The notes beneath the pieces were generated by a model, which was not told where the DNA came from, ran no database searches, and was given only the letters and a program-made list of their open reading frames with translations. Both the position numbers and the translations under genes were made by a program. DNA of 64,000 bases from Trichodelitschia bisporula (lineage: Eukaryota), in NCBI GenBank assembly GCA_010356995.1, contig ML996695.1, positions 691,061 through 755,060 of the forward strand. The letters are read 5' to 3'. How positions within the stretch are numbered: position 1 is the first letter of the stretch; every line of letters begins with the position of its first letter. Positions 36,905 to 48,583 of this stretch are shown here, one piece after another.

Positions 36905-37930
36905 AGCTGGCGCCGCGTGTGTGTGGGAGTCAAGGGAGAGGCAGCCTCCGGCCGATTTTACCTCCCAGAAAGATGAAAGACGAAACTAGTGAAGCCGATG
37001 GACCGCAGACTGATTGTTGAGGTAGTGTTAGGAACAGTTGGTCGTGGAAGAAGGTTGCAATGTGTGAAGGACGAGAGTTGAATGGCGAGAGAGGGGAACG
37101 AGGCAAGATATTGAGAAAAAGGCGCGATGGGACCTGGTGCGGGATGTGAGGGTGGAGAGGATGTTGAGAGGGTAGAGGATGATGAGGGCGAAGTGAAGGA
37201 ACAAGGTGAGACAGATAGGGAAGAGGGAGGCTGGACAAGAAGAGGCGAGAGAGTAAGAGAGAGGATGAGACGGTAGGACTAACGCAAGTCAAGTGGTGAA
37301 GGAAGCCATCCTTTAGTACTCGTTCTGGGGCACGACAGAGGCAGCCCTTGATGCGGAAGAAGTTATTATTATTGCGGTCCAGCTGGGCGACACATCTGGT
37401 CAGGGAGCTTGGTGCTTGAGGAAGACGCGTACCTTGCACTTAGTCGAAGAGGTAGAGGTTCCAAACGGCGGTTGCACGGCGGCTGTGCCATTGGTGAGCG
37501 CGACTAACCAGAGGAAGGCGCGAAAGGACATATGGCCGGGTACATATCGATATTCATCAAGCCATCGCTGAGTCGAGCGGCCACAGCCCGCCAATCTTGG
37601 AAAGGCGTGAGCAATTGGGGTGGGGGGGGGGGTGACAGCGTCAGTGGAGCTATACCGATGCCAATGCAGGGAGACAGCAGGACTGAGCCTGGGTGATATA
37701 GACATGGATGAGCCCGGGGGAGGGGTGTATGTGTGGGGGGGATTATGGGGGAGGGGGGTTAGAGGGGAGGTGAAGGGGAATAGAGAGGGGGAGGGTGGAG
37801 GTGAGGTGGCCGAAGGCACGGGATGGAAGGTCAAGGCAACTTAGCGGGCTGGCGTCATGGGGCGAAAGAGGGCGTTGAACCAAAAGAGGTGTAGCCTTGT
37901 TCAAGATCATAGGAGGCTGAATGGGGAAGG

Positions 37931-37971
37931 GCTGGCTTGGGCTTGGGCTGAGCTGGCTTGGGCTTGGGCTG
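37931..37971. repeat. Tandem duplication of 20-bp G-rich unit GCTGGCTTGGGCTTGGGCTG
   Basis: Identical copies at 37931-37950 and 37952-37971. Confidence 0.85.
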
Positions 37972-40213
37972 GGTTGGGTAGGGCCTGTGAGCCGTGAGGA
38001 TGGCATCAAGCCTGTAAAGCCTTTTCGGCGATGCTGGGTCTGACCGGCTATCTGGCTGGGGAAGACTGCGGAGGGGTAGAGAGAGAAGGGGAGGGACAAA
38101 GTTGCGAAGTTGACCGAACCGGTAAAAAGCGATATGCAGGCGTTAGCTAGGGGTAAATTAAGAATGCGTTTGCGGAGTGCTTCCAGAGGCCGAGAACGGA
38201 CACAGCAGAGGAGGAGGAAGAGGAAGAGGAAGAGGGAGCATGAGGGGAGGGATATAGTAGAATTACGGATGTAGAGGGCTTGAGAGAGGTACTGTATGAA
38301 AGAATGAGGTCGGGCTGGTAATACGGTAGTAACAAGCGGCAATCAAGTACATATCAAGCAAGCAAACAGCAAGCAGCAAGCAGCACGAGCATGAATGTCG
38401 AGGAGCGCAGAAGTCAGAAGGGCGGTCGGAATGATTGACGTGTGCGTGGTCACCAATTTCGTTTTTGCTTTTTCAGATCCTTTCTTCCGTCGCCTTCGTC
38501 GGGGCTTCCTTTGCATCGGCGGCCGACAACCGCACGTTTGGCGTCTTTGCAACGGTTCGAACTGCAGGCACCATTCGCTCATTCGCCTTGCGCACACACC
38601 CCTTTCCCGCACACCAATGAGAAAATTTCCCTTCAAGAAAGTGAAGTCAACGTCGAACGAACAGCACGCCTTTCCCGCTCTTGTCAAGCTCCGATCAACT
38701 TCCTTCACCTCCTCCATCCACTCCAACCACGGCTACTCACGGCGGAAAGGGCCTTGCTCAACCTCCCATCCCCCACCCCCAGTACAGATGTACTGTAGCA
38801 GATCCCAACAAGCGTCTGGTAATGCTGAAAAGAAAATGTACCTTCTGGGAAGCGAGAGAAGAAGAAGTAGCAGGGATGTCGAGTCGGGCGATCTTCGACC
38901 GGCACGCCGCCATGCGGGACTGCGGGTGGTGGTGTGCGTTGCCGCGCCAGCCAACAGGTAATTGGCTGCAGGGCGGCGCAAATCGCAATTGGATTGGAAC
39001 ATCTTCTGCTTCGAAAAAGGCAACGACGAGGATAGTGGCAGCTGGGGGGTGGAAAGGCGAAGGAGAGGGGAGGACCGAAAGATAGTGCAGACCTCAAGCT
39101 GCTGTGCACCATCCACCTGCATTCTGCGCTACCGTATGCCGTGTCCGCAATGGGATACGCCAGTAAGGTAGGTACATGCCGCAGAACCCGCGCGCGACAT
39201 TGTGGTGTTTGCAGCAAGCATGCAGAAAGCTGCAGCGTCATGCATCTTGTTTGGGTTTTGGGGCTTGGATGGGGCAGAAGCCGGGAGGAAGCCTGCGGCT
39301 GGCTGTCCTACTTCGTAGCAATGTGAGGGTATTTTCGGCGGGTTTGAAGGTGGGGGGAAGCAAGTATAGTTGGTGTGGTAGGATGCCATGTCGGGGAAGC
39401 TCGTGATAGCAGGTTTGATAGAGGCAAAGTGTAAGAGGAAGGGATGGTGCGGGAGGGAAAGGGAAGGACTCAGGGAAGTCTGCCGGGTACTGTAGGTATT
39501 GGAGATGATGAAGGGGTGTGGGGGGGAAGAGTAGGTGGGGGGGCGGTTGCAGATCAACGGAAGCACAGGGCGATTCACATCATTGCAACCAAAGAGAGGC
39601 GCATCGGAAACGACGCAAATATCTCCGAAGGTTGACGAAGGCGCCGAGGTGGTTACATGATCATGAGCATGCGCATTGGGAATGAGATGAACTGGAAAAG
39701 AAATGAAAGCTCGAGCTTGAGTACGAATGATACTCGTAATATGAGCCGTGAGACACAACACGCAGTGAGGTGGCGGGGAAGAGCTTGGTTCATTATTATC
39801 AACGATGTACATACGGATGTAGATACTGTACGTGCGTCGGCATGGGGAGCTCATTTGCGCGAAGAGCAGCTAGCGGCAGGCGCGCATCAGGCTGGACGCA
39901 TCGTCTACTTACTACGCAGTGGCGTATATGTCGGAGCTCCGGTGAGTCCCATCCGTTTCAGCTGTCAGAGTAGAGAGCCGCCGGACGCGATACGCCAACG
40001 AGGAATATCAATGTGAATGTGTGAAGGAAGGTGAAGGCAGACCGAGTGACCCAGTGACCGAGAGGAATGGTCGGACGTCAAGGAGGAAAATAAGCGCCAG
40101 GCGCGGTGAGAGGCGATTCATGTTTGCGGGAATAGGTCGTCCCCCTGGTTCCTTTCTGTGAGCTCTTTCTGGTTGTAGGAACGGCCACTTCTCACAGTTC
40201 CTTTCTGTTGCTT

Positions 40214-40261
40214 GACGAGGGAGTTAACGACGAGGGAGTTAACGACGAGGGAGTTAACGAC
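40214..40261. repeat. Perfect 15-bp minisatellite (GACGAGGGAGTTAAC)x3.2
   Basis: Three identical head-to-tail copies plus GAC, without spacers. Confidence 0.95.
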
Positions 40262-43200
40262 TGCGCCAGCGCTTCCCCCTCCACTCTGCTAGAGTACTAA
40301 GTTAGGAGCGACGTCCCTCACCGTTCACGTTCCTCTCACTACTACCATAGTATAGTAGCAAAAGAGAGGGAAACCCCACTCGGCCAAGGTGGGGGGAGCG
40401 GGGGAGCCTGAGCTTTGCAGGGCTGCTAGCGGGGATTGTGCCTGTAAGGAACAAGGCGCGATGGCGGGCGGGCGGGCGGTCACTGAAGCCCGTCCCGGGA
40501 GCGAGGCTACCGTGCCGTACATCAGAAGGTCCGTGATCGCAGCAATCAAGGGCATGTACACTGTACATTGAGTACCGTTATGCTTGCGGAGACGGCGCCT
40601 ACTATGGTACCAGGCCTAATATATGGCCTGTGGGTCCAAAGTGTGGCGCCAGCGTAAGCCAGTCAAATCGTCCATAGGATGCCCTACTCACTGGAAAAAA
40701 TGTGGCTAAGCACCGCCACGAATGGGCCCACTGGTACCGTAATAAGCTCGCCTAGTATATCGCTAGGTACTGACTACTTTCCAAGGCCCTTTCCTAAGGC
40801 ACATCTTTCCCATCGCATCTACATCCACACTCTGCAGCTCATCTTGTATAATCTTCTTCACGCTGCACCCCACTACTCTATCAATCGGCGTCAGCAGAGA
40901 CCGAGACAGGCATGGTCACGGGATGACGAGCCCACGACATGTCGTTCCGCCAAACGGGTCAGCCATCAATAGAACTGCCGAGGGTTGGACAAACTTGGGC
41001 GGGTAAGATACCCTTGAGGCCGCCTGTCCCAGGAGTCAGGTCCGGCATAGTGTCTGCATACGGACAATATGAACAACATGGCAGTCCGAAAGATGTATCC
41101 CCCTGCTGGGGCCTTTCTTGGGTCCGCACTCCGCTCGCTGGGTTTGACGCTTGCCGCCGCAGTCAAAGATGGAGGGACGAGGATAAGGCGATTGCGAGGC
41201 CGAATCAGCCAGCCACTCACAACCGCAGGGCCTGGCGTCCAGCGGCTCGGACTGGTCGTGACACTGACAGTTCCGATGGCCACAGGAGCTGCGAACAAGA
41301 CGGCAAGTGGAATATACCGATGGCGCGTTACGGCGGCATCTGAGGTTGTACAAAAACGGCAGCCGCCATCGCCTCCTTTTTCTTCTCCCCATGTCTTTTC
41401 GGCAAGATTAACCGCAAAAGCCGTGTGGCATGGATGGAAGGCCGTGCTTTGAGATCTGGGCATGTCCATCGTAGTTCAAACAACGACATCTGGTGAAGCA
41501 TTACAGTATAGTCGATGAAGCACATTCGTCAATGTCATGATCACTTCGTGCAGTTCAATGGCTTTTATTTGCTATGATAGGGTAGCTGCGCGGCCTGGCA
41601 CCAAGCGGCCCACCATCTCCGCTCCTCATTTCCTCCCCATATCCCTCCACCGCCTCTTGCTCCCTCTTCCCTGAATGCACATTTTGCCTTCTTTCCACCC
41701 ATTCCACTTGGGCATGAGAAATTGTGCCCCACTAATCCAACAATCTGCCCATCACCACGACTCAGTTGCTCGCGAATCAACTAGCTCTTGACACCCCAAA
41801 GCACCACAGGTCACAAACATCCCGACCGCTCGTCCACTCGTTGTTTGCGCTGATGAACTTCCTAGCCTTTAACCTATCCCCCTCCCCACACTCCACCCGA
41901 GTATCCGGCCAGCGCCTGTGTTAAACTGGACTCGACTCTGGAGTCGCGGGCCTGCGAACCGGTCGCGCCGCCCACGCTCAATCGAGTCGGTCGAACGGGA
42001 CTACGGGACGGGGCGGGTAGCAAACAATCAACGTTTCCTCGAGCAAATGCCAGCAGCAAGCAATAGCTAGCATCTCGGGAATTGGGAGAGTATATTTTCA
42101 CAGCTACTTCCGTGTAAGCGCTCACTTCCGGACCTTTGCACCGATTTAAAGAAGGGCTATAATAAACTCGCATCTTCGCATCTGCGCATAGTGTACGGGA
42201 AGAGTACGGAGGCCCTCTCGACACACTCTCCCTGGAAGCGGTCCCAGGAAATACCAGCGCCCCCGCCGCAACAACGCACCTCTCTCTGGCTCCTCCGCCT
42301 TCTTTGATTCCATGCCACGCGGTTCGTTTCCAGGTGGGCGGCCGCCGCTCCCGCCTACCCATCAGTTACTCACCAACCATGCTTGCCTTCACCGTTGCTT
42401 GTCTTGCCGCCTGCATCGAACATGTGCCCCCCCCCCCTGCTTCCCGGCCCGACAGCCTGGACATCCGCCCGAACAACAGTTAGGGACCGGCCGCATAGGG
42501 ATATCCCAACACCACCTATCTCGCAGTCGAATCGCACAGTCGACGGAGTAACGACAGCCACCAGCAAGCACCCATAACCGCCCTCAAAGCCATGTAACCG
42601 ACCCTCGTGCTCCGAACCCGAAGCGCCTCGAGCGGAGCAAGAACCACACAGACCCCCACCCTCCCTCAGGCACCTTCCCTACCCTAACCCCTCTCCTCCA
42701 CCCCGCCTTCTCATCTCTCTCACAGTAGCACCGCGCCGCTGGGCTGAAACCCGAATCTGTCCATCTCAGCGGGTAGCGAACAGGAAAACATCCCCAGCGT
42801 GCCCCCTATCCGCGCTTCCTTTCCGTATCCGGCCGGCTGCTGCGGCCGTCCCCGCTCTGCCGGAAGCCCTGCCCGTCCAAAACCCCACCCCCAATGTCGC
42901 CGCAGAAAGACGCGCGAAGGAACACTGCACCTTCCTCCTATACTGCTCCCGCACATATACCTTCCAACCTCACGTTTCTCCACCAAAACAGGTACTGTAT
43001 ATGTGACGACGCACCGCCTAGACGACCACCAATTTTCCTCCGTCACCGGCCCCAAAACCTCCTACCCACGTCACCCACAGTGATATACGTAGTACAATTG
43101 AGGAACGCGCCTCGCCTCGGACCAGGGCCGAGGATTGGGCCTCATCCTCATTCGACAATCTGCTCTACCCCTCCCGGCGTGTCGCTCATCCGCTCTTTGC

Positions 43201-43880
43201 GCGCATGTCCAGCCTGGCCCTCCGCACTGCCGCAGTTCGCATCATAGAACCCTTCCTCCAGTCCCCCACTCTCCAAGAACCCCCATTCCCCACTCCCCAG
43301 ACCCACTAGCCTTAGCCGACACCAATCGGAAAATTTCACCACAGCCTAGGAAGGAACTCCCGTGTTATACGGAGAGGCACGCGCGGTAAGGAGAAGCCCG
43401 CCAAGCCGGTCACCGTCTCCCCTCCCTGAAGCACACAATTCGCCATTTCAAAACCAAGTCTGGTATCTATTTCTCGTAACCATCCCCCGCTTTCTCCAGT
43501 AATAGCCCCCTTCACACAGACCCTCACCCCTCGCTGCAACCCCTCCAGCCCTCTTCTCAACCATGTTCCCCCCTCTCCAAACCCGTCCTCGCGTTGACCG
43601 CGAGTCCGTGACGCCTTGCGCACCACCGCGTGACTACAACGCACCAAGCCCAACCTTGCAGCACTCGCCCCCAAAGATACATCCTTATATGAAAGGCTAC
43701 GCTGGACAATACCGAATCCAGTCTCCGCAAAACGCCCTAGACCCCCCTCGTCACTCCCAGTCTCTCGGGGCCGCCTTTGGCGCTTTGGTTCCAGTCGTCC
43801 ACCCACCAAAATTCTTCCCCCTCAATCCTTACCCCCCTCCCCCACCACCAACCCATGCGCACCGCCCCGCCCCACCCCCC

Positions 43881-46800
43881 TCACCAGTCGTCATCTTCAT
43901 TTCGCCGCGAGTGCATCGCTGCCTGGCGCTGCCTCAGCGCCTCCGCCAAGCTACCTGCCACGCTGCCGCCGCTGTCCCTCGCCGCACCAGCGTTGCTTGC
44001 TCCGGACCCAGAATATCCGCTGTCCCTGGACTCAGCCATAGGCGCCGGGACAGGCTTCTTACCGGCCGGGCGCTTTGATGGCGGCGCCGGCGGCGTAGGC
44101 TTGCCACGTGCGGCCGCGCCGTTTACACCGTTGGTAGCAGGAGCGGCTGGCACAGGCCGCGCTACGGGCGGCGGAGGTGGTGGTGGAGGCGGGGCCTGTG
44201 CAACCACCTCTTCCATGTACGCCGATGGCACCCAGCCAGACGCCGAGCTATCTGGCTTTTTCGCAAGCCACCAACCTAAAAGCACACGTGTGAGCGAACA
44301 GAACAGGCAGACAGATAAGGTTGACGCGTGGAAGACGCGGAAAGGCGTTGTGCGCTTACCATTCCCTTCCTTTTGCATGACGATGACTACGTCATTCTTC
44401 CCCACGCTCATCTCACCCTCCGTTTGACCGTTGAAGTCGTATAACACGCGATACGTGGGTTCCCTGGCTGCTGGAGGTGCCGCTGCAGGCGGAGGTGGGG
44501 GCGGGGGTGTTCGGACGGCCGAAGCCGAAGCGTTTCGCGCATGTCCAGCCCCGTTCTGCACGGCCATCGGCTGCGGAACAACCTTCGCTTGGGCTGCGGA
44601 CTGCGTTTGGGCTGGTCGGACTTTCGAGGGCGCGCCGCCAGGACCGCCCGGGCGAAGGAGCTTGCCCTTTGTGATAGGTCGCCCCGCAACTTGCTTACCC
44701 CGCGGGGTGGGCCTGGAAACAGAATTTGCTGGCTCTCCTTGGCTGGTGTGAATACTGCCACTCTTGTACAGATCGTCCCTGGGAACATTAGGATCCTTCA
44801 TAACCTTCACCACGGCCAATTTTCCAGGTTTTTTGTTGTATTCGACACTGCATGCGTTAGCTCATGCAAGTAAAAGTAATGGAATGTCCGGCTGAGCCAG
44901 TAGAAGGGGAGTGGCTCCCACACACCTGCTTCCGATACGAAGTTCCGTGGCACCGCGCGTCGCATTGCGCAGGTGCGTGAAGAACTCCGTCTTAAAAATG
45001 CAGTTGACAAGCGCGTCAGGCTCCTGAGCTGAGCCAACTCCGAGCGCAAACCAATCATCCTTGAGGTTTGAGCAGCTGACAAAGCGCAACGCGCCTAGAG
45101 GAATGGCTCGCTCCGCCTGGATCTGGACCTGTCTGTTGACAAGGACTTGCTTGACTATGTAGACTGATTTGTTAGTGAGGATCAAGGAGCGTGCTTCTGG
45201 TTTGCTTGAGCGACCCAGCTTCGACACGAGGACTTCCGCCCGGCACGAGAATAGGACATTCTCGTTGGCGCCTATATCGAGAGAGTTGCGCATAATCTCG
45301 CCAGGACCGCCTCTGTTCGCAATCCCTAGATAGTCGCCCAGGAACCTGCGAGACCCCAGCAAGCTGAAGCGCCGCCGCTCCTTCCGGCCAGCCAGGACCT
45401 TGTGACCTTGGTCACGCAGCTGTATGAACTCGAGTCCCCCGTTGATCCTCCGCCAGAAGCGCTGGATGCGAATGGCGCATTCGGTACGGTAGCGAACATA
45501 GTTGCGCCACGCCCGCTGGATCCGGATGGCCATATTATGCCAATATCGATCCCGCATGGCTTCCAAGGCGAACAGAGTTTCAGGCGTCTTAATAAAAGCC
45601 TTAGAAACCCCCATCTGATACTCTTCTACAGGGATATTGGTGTCCTTTAGGATCTGTTTCGTCCCGGATAGATAATCACCCGTCCATGTGTAATCACCTG
45701 CGTACGACGTCTTCGGTGAAAGCAGATAGAACCGTTCTACAAACTTTTCGAAGGTCTGGCGGTATGCGAAGCCAGCGCGTCTGATCCGGACGTTTTCTTG
45801 CAAGCCGAGGTACTTGATCTGATGAAGCACGTTGGCTTGGTTGTACTCGGAGGGCGACTTATTCTCGTTGGGCTTAATGGTGCGGATGTACGAAGGCGAT
45901 GCCTTCATGAGAGTCGCCACCAAGTCGTTTGCCGACTGCTTGATCTTGTCGCCTGCCGTGGGTGGTCTCCGCTTATTGTCCTGATCCACTGGGGCAGGGA
46001 ACAACGTGTGCAGGAAACGGTTTCCGCTCTGACCGACAAGCTGGAGCAGGTCCTTGAGAAGTTGGTCCTTATTTTTATCGGTCATGCCGGTCACCGCGTA
46101 GGACACGTCCCCAGCGTAGTGCTTGATGATGAATTGTCCTTGGCGGGGTTGGAAGTGCTGATTTGACGAGAGCGCATTCAACCGCTGGACAAACGTCTGG
46201 TCCGCAGCGGTTGGGTCGGCGTGGGCCGTTGCACAGGCGTCGTTCAGAGCCGCAAAAACACCAGGAGGCTTCCGCTCCTCGATCAGGTCACAGACAACTT
46301 TGTTGTCAAAGTACTTGATGGGTGTCCACTGGATCTGCTCGCGTTCATACTCCTCTTGTTCCGCCTTCAGAGTAAGTTGAATGAAAATCTGCTGGAGCTT
46401 TTCGTTGACGTAATTGATGCAAAGCTGCTCGAAGCTGTTCTTCTCAAAGATTTCGAAGCCGTAGATGTCAAGAATCCCGATGGACTGAGCCATAGCTCCA
46501 CGAGCTTTAAGCGATGCGTTGACGCGCTGGACGATCCAGTCGAACATATTGAAGTAGATGGCTTTCGAAAGGGCGTCACGGACAGCTGTAGCTTGAGCTG
46601 GATTAAGGGGAACATCATAGATCGATCCACGGCGCCCACCGCGGCTAGTTTCAACGACGCGCAGCGTGAGGGCCTTGTCGACGTGAGCGGCGTCGACTTC
46701 CAGCAGATAAGCTACGAATTGAACAACGGACTGATCAGCAATCGCGGCGTTGCCCTCATTGTTCTCAACGAAGGAGACATTGCCCAACCATAGAATGGCA

Positions 46801-47927
46801 GCAAGCATGCGGAAGAGGTCGTCTTGTTCCGCTTGTGAAAGCCCTATGACCTTCATCGCGTTGAGAGTCTCCTTGAAATCGGCATGGTCGTCAATACCAT
46901 CAACATCGAAGCATTTGGATCTGCTCGTGTAGACGTATGACTTGGGCTCTTGGACTCCGAAAGTTTCTAAGCCACAGTGTAAGCTAAACGACACTATCAG
47001 TAGCAGATGTGACCATACCTCTGTAGCTCGACGAGGCAGCTTTGGTGAACTGATAGAAAATATGGAAATTGCGCTCGTTTGTAATTTGCCCAACCACCCG
47101 CGACTTTTCCAAGAGGTAGTTGTTGATATTGGCCCCAACCGGTTCTCCCCGAGAATTGAACTGGATTTCCAGGTACTTCCCAAATCGCGACGAGTTGTTG
47201 TTGCGTAACGTCTTCGCATTGCCGAACGACTCGAGGAGAGGATTCGTCGCCAGAACCATCTCTTTTATCTCTTGAATTGAGGAGTCATTGCCTCCGGATA
47301 CGCTCGCGATATATTGCATTATCCGTTTCGCAGCTTCGGTTTTGCCTGCTCCTGACTCGCCTGAGATGATTATGCACTGGTTCTCGTTATAGCCCTTCAT
47401 ATTGTAATATGAAGCCTCAGCGATGGCGAAGACGTGTGGAGGCATCTCCAAGCGGTTCTTCCCACGGTAGCTGTCAAGAACGGTTTCGGTGTACAAGCCC
47501 ACTAGATGAAATCAGCCAGTGCATTCCAGTATGTGATGCCTGGAGCGTACAATCTCTAAATGGATTTACGGAGACCAAAACGTGGCCGATGTAGGTCTGG
47601 AAGAGTCAGTAAGCTACCGAGAGCTCTGCCATACAGAAGGCACCCACGTAGATCTCTCCATTCTCGAAGCGCTTCTTCAAATTGTCGTTGATCGCTTCGT
47701 TGGAGATCTTGCTGATGAGCGTGAGATCGGAGACGCCCACTTCCTTCTTCTTGGTGCTCTCGAAAACAGCTCGTTTGATCGGCCCTTTGCTAACCCCACC
47801 TCCGCGTCCTCTATCGGCATGGCCACTGCCGCCGTCCTTCTTGCGGCCCGCCCGCTTCGTGACAGCCTGAAGTGGAGGTACCCGTTAGTTTGATGCAGAT
47901 CATGGAGGGGTCGGGCAAACTTACCAT
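43881..47927 (-). CDS. MYO1: Class I myosin
   Basis: P-loop [27 protein letters not shown]-site RRGSIY, IQ motifs, TH1, SH3 (YRVLYDF...GWVPSAY) and acidic end EDDDW. First coding exon is the ATG alone (47927-47925). Confidence 0.97.
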
Positions 47928-48583
47928 CAAGCGTGTGCTCCGGCGCTTTCAGACAGCGATGATAGCGGGGTTCAAGTGTACTTGTAGGGTGAAGTCAAGT
48001 GAAGGCGAGGGAGGTGCGCAAGGGAAGCGTTGTGCGCAAATGTCATGCGCGCGATAGGATAACTTTAGAAAGGAGTTTCAAAGTGGCCTGCAGAGATGTG
48101 GAACGGCGGCCCTTGAGGTGACGTGGGTTGCGGAAAGCGTGAGGCGGTGCTGGTTCCCAGCCACAGGCGACCGCGTAATCCTTATAGGTTGCTTACGTAC
48201 TGTAGCTCACGCCCACTACATCCGGAGAACTAGGCTTCAGCAAGATGTACATAAATGCCTTCCCAGCCACTGAAGCCTGTTCGGATCAAAGGGCGGCACT
48301 GTAACATATGCGTTGATACAAATGCAATGTACGTCATGCCCTCAAGTCTTTAAATAGTCTAATTTTTATTCACCATGCAGGAACACAGATCACCATCGTT
48401 GGAACTACAGCCTGCACTATCGCCATCATCACTGACTAACACATTGTTTCTCAACCCCAAGGCTGATACGAACAAGCTTCGCCGTACGCCGCCAGAATGC
48501 TGCTGAAATAAGACAAGAATGGCCCTAGCACGCCGGTTATGAATATCAATGCTCCGAATGCCCAAGCACAACACGCCATGAGT

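Noticed and set aside
40214..40261. CRISPR-like repeat
   Set aside because: No spacers, 15-bp unit, eukaryotic context and no cas genes; a plain minisatellite.
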